Positions 62,001 to 64,000 of a DNA stretch of 64,000 nt are shown here, in pieces. Location: the NCBI GenBank assembly GCA_002269645.1, contig NIVC01000070.1:806001-870000 (forward strand), written 5' to 3'. This DNA is from Macrostomum lignano. Taxonomy: Eukaryota. A model generated the notes under the pieces. The model was not told where the DNA came from. It saw only the letters and a list, made by a program, of their open reading frames with translations, and made no database searches. The first letter of the stretch is position 1. Each line of letters starts with the position of its first letter. The translations under genes and the position numbers were made by a program.

Positions 62001-63887
62001 TACCAGTCGGACGATCGGCTCGAGTACACGCTTGACCATCTGGCGCAGCCGCTGTACGTGATGAGATCCTTGTACCTGTAGCTGTCAGACTGAGGGCTGG
62101 GACACCCGTTGATCGGCACTGAATGAGGATGATTTGTTTTTTGGTATTGTAACAGTCGACAAAGGGAAGATGCATGTGGCTTACTTGCTAAATTTGGCTA
62201 TCTGTCTTAAGTCTTTTGGTTTTACATTCGACCATGTAAATAGTAAAAAATAATGATGTTTCAAGTAAAACTCGTAAGCTCGTTGCCTCTGTAAGGACTT
62301 GATTCGAACTCACCGCACACAGGTACAACGCACGGCTCCCAATCGGTTGTGCTCACTAGGCACCAGAGACCAACCGGGCTACTGTTGGGATTTCTGCAGT
62401 AATTGTTCGCGGCACTGATAGTCTCGCCAGACACTGGCCATGTAGCAGCTGTGTAAACACCGGGAGCTGAGTCCCACCGGATGCAGGTCTTGCCTGTGAC
62501 GGAAGTTGACTGGTTGCCACGATAACTGGAACCAAGTCGGTCTGTCCGGCAGCCTCCGGGGTTCACCTGCGAGCAGAACGGTATGCTGCAGTTGGAAGGC
62601 GTCGGAGTTCCTCCGACGTCCGTCAGGCACCAGGGCACGAAATTTATTGATGATGGATTGTTTCTGCAATGCGAAATAGATTTTGGACGCGCGTGCAGAT
62701 AAATTTACATGGGTTTTCCATTGATTACAAATATCGTGCTGATTAAACTCACAGAAGGCCTCTAGTTTTTGCTGAAAAATGCATTGGCACTATATAACTA
62801 GCACTCTCTCCTTCTCAACTCGAGCCAACTTGTGAGTTAAAATGACATAAAATTACCAAGCTATTTCCTGCAGAAACATGTGACTGAAGACGGCAAGCAA
62901 GAAAAGTTTTCACAAAATGGGGTTTCCATGTCACCAAAGTAATGTTGATGCACATTTGCTTACACATCGACCGCGATGTTGCGACAGACACTCCCGGGAA
63001 TTGTGGCATCCGCAGTGAACAAAGGAGCGTAGATGGCAGAATAGATGCTCGACCACGACAGGCACGGGCTGCCTGATGTACTCTGAGAAATGGCTCCGTT
63101 GTATTCGGTTCCAGTGACGGTCTCCCGGCAGGTTTTGGCTGGAAGAAATGTAGTGTACTTTGATTAATTGGCATGTGATTAAGTCTCTTCTTAAGCTTCA
63201 GTTTTGTCTTCAGCTGTGCAAACTTACAGCACACGGGGATGCCATCGCAGAAGTCGTAGTTTGCGGCAACTCCACACGATCCGGTGACAATGTAGCACCA
63301 GGGTCTGTCGGTGTCGGCGCCAGGGTTTCTGCATTTATTGCCAGCAGCGGCTTTGCTGCCGTCCGGGAAAGTGGAGTCCGCATACCGGGTGTTGATGGCA
63401 TCAGTCCATGGTCTGCAGGTGCATCCGCTTGTAGTGGTGCTGATGTTGCCCTTGTAGAAGAAGCCAGCTCTGTTGGCTCTGCAGTCTGACGGAATGGTCA
63501 AAGTCCTCGATAATAGTTTACACTCGTCCCGAAATACTTTAGAGAGATAGGAATGCTATTCAATGTCTTTAGATTAGTACTAAATGTACTATATTAGTAT
63601 AATTTCAATCGAAGCTACATGTATTCCAAGCATGGGATGGCGAGCGATTATTTTCAAAAATCTACATGTGCACATTTTCTCGCTACGAGGTGTAAGACTT
63701 TGAGAGAGCATCTAGTAACGAAAACTGACTTTTGAGTTAGTCCAATTCGATTCAATTTTTGTTAAAATCCGGTATTAATCTATCAAAAATCTGTTTGCTT
63801 ACCCTGTGCTGTTGCTGACTGAATTGACACTGCTAGCAATAGCAGGAAACTCGCTACACCAGTCAAAATCGACATCAAATAGTTCAT
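58389..63887 (-). CDS. Hexa-kringle single-pass membrane protein K1 (974 aa); exons 63887-63803, 63536-63228, 63138-62964, 62663-62314, 62118-61807, 61334-61038, 60279-60028, 59954-59910, 59785-59707, 59409-58389
   Basis: Signal peptide MNYLMSILTGVASFLLLLAVSIQSATA; six kringles (NKCRNPGADTDRPWC, VCRNIAVD..FVPWC, NYCRNPNSSPVGLWC, DYCRNPDNDITGPWC, NYCRTPDQNRWGPWC, NYCRNPDGSTTGPWC); TM MVILTGIIGMIGLTTGLALVGSLIAA; Gly/Ser-rich tail with PPPY. Spliced length 2925 nt is in frame. Confidence 0.87.
60430..60830 (+). mobile_element. Degenerate RTE-like LINE fragment in K1 intron 6
   Basis: RRGLA*AAF...ALFNVVVKTYNAESWTL; shares GTGGGCTTGCCTGAGCTGC with the 56.4-57.3 kb copy. Confidence 0.65.
61483..61630 (-). 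mobile_element. tRNA-derived SINE family A, 5' half, K1 intron 5
   Basis: Head GTTGTAGCCTAGTGGTTATAGCGTCGGACTC...GGTTCGATTCTC plus CORE-like segment. Confidence 0.78.
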
Positions 63888-64000
63888 AGGAATTTTTGAT
63901 CAAGTCTAAGCAGGAAAGAACGAGTCTGAGTTCGACTTGCATTTGCGTCGAGCAATTTAGCTACTGGGTGTTGCCCTGCACGGGCTGTGTGGGAAAATTT

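Overview
Eukaryotic (animal) genomic DNA with GT-AG spliceosomal introns, GC-rich exons and AT-rich intergenic DNA. The dense intronic mini/microsatellites and compact genes suggest a free-living flatworm such as Macrostomum (inference only). All exon models were spliced by hand and checked for phase consistency. Contents in order: an intron-containing DDE (hAT-like) transposase running off the left edge, with a nested Merlin remnant; three co-oriented minus-strand housekeeping genes (FGGY kinase, intronless SART1, ITFG1/LINKIN); an AT-rich spacer with two MITEs, a solo LTR, an orphan exon and an RNase H-type LINE fragment; a plus-strand cadherin with about 11 EC repeats; and a tandem pair of minus-strand paralogues. 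Each paralogue encodes signal peptide + six kringle domains + one transmembrane helix + an unrelated low-complexity tail, with no protease or kinase domain. This hexa-kringle membrane-protein pair is the most unusual system here. Most long ORFs in the supplied track are translations of tandem repeats and are not genes.
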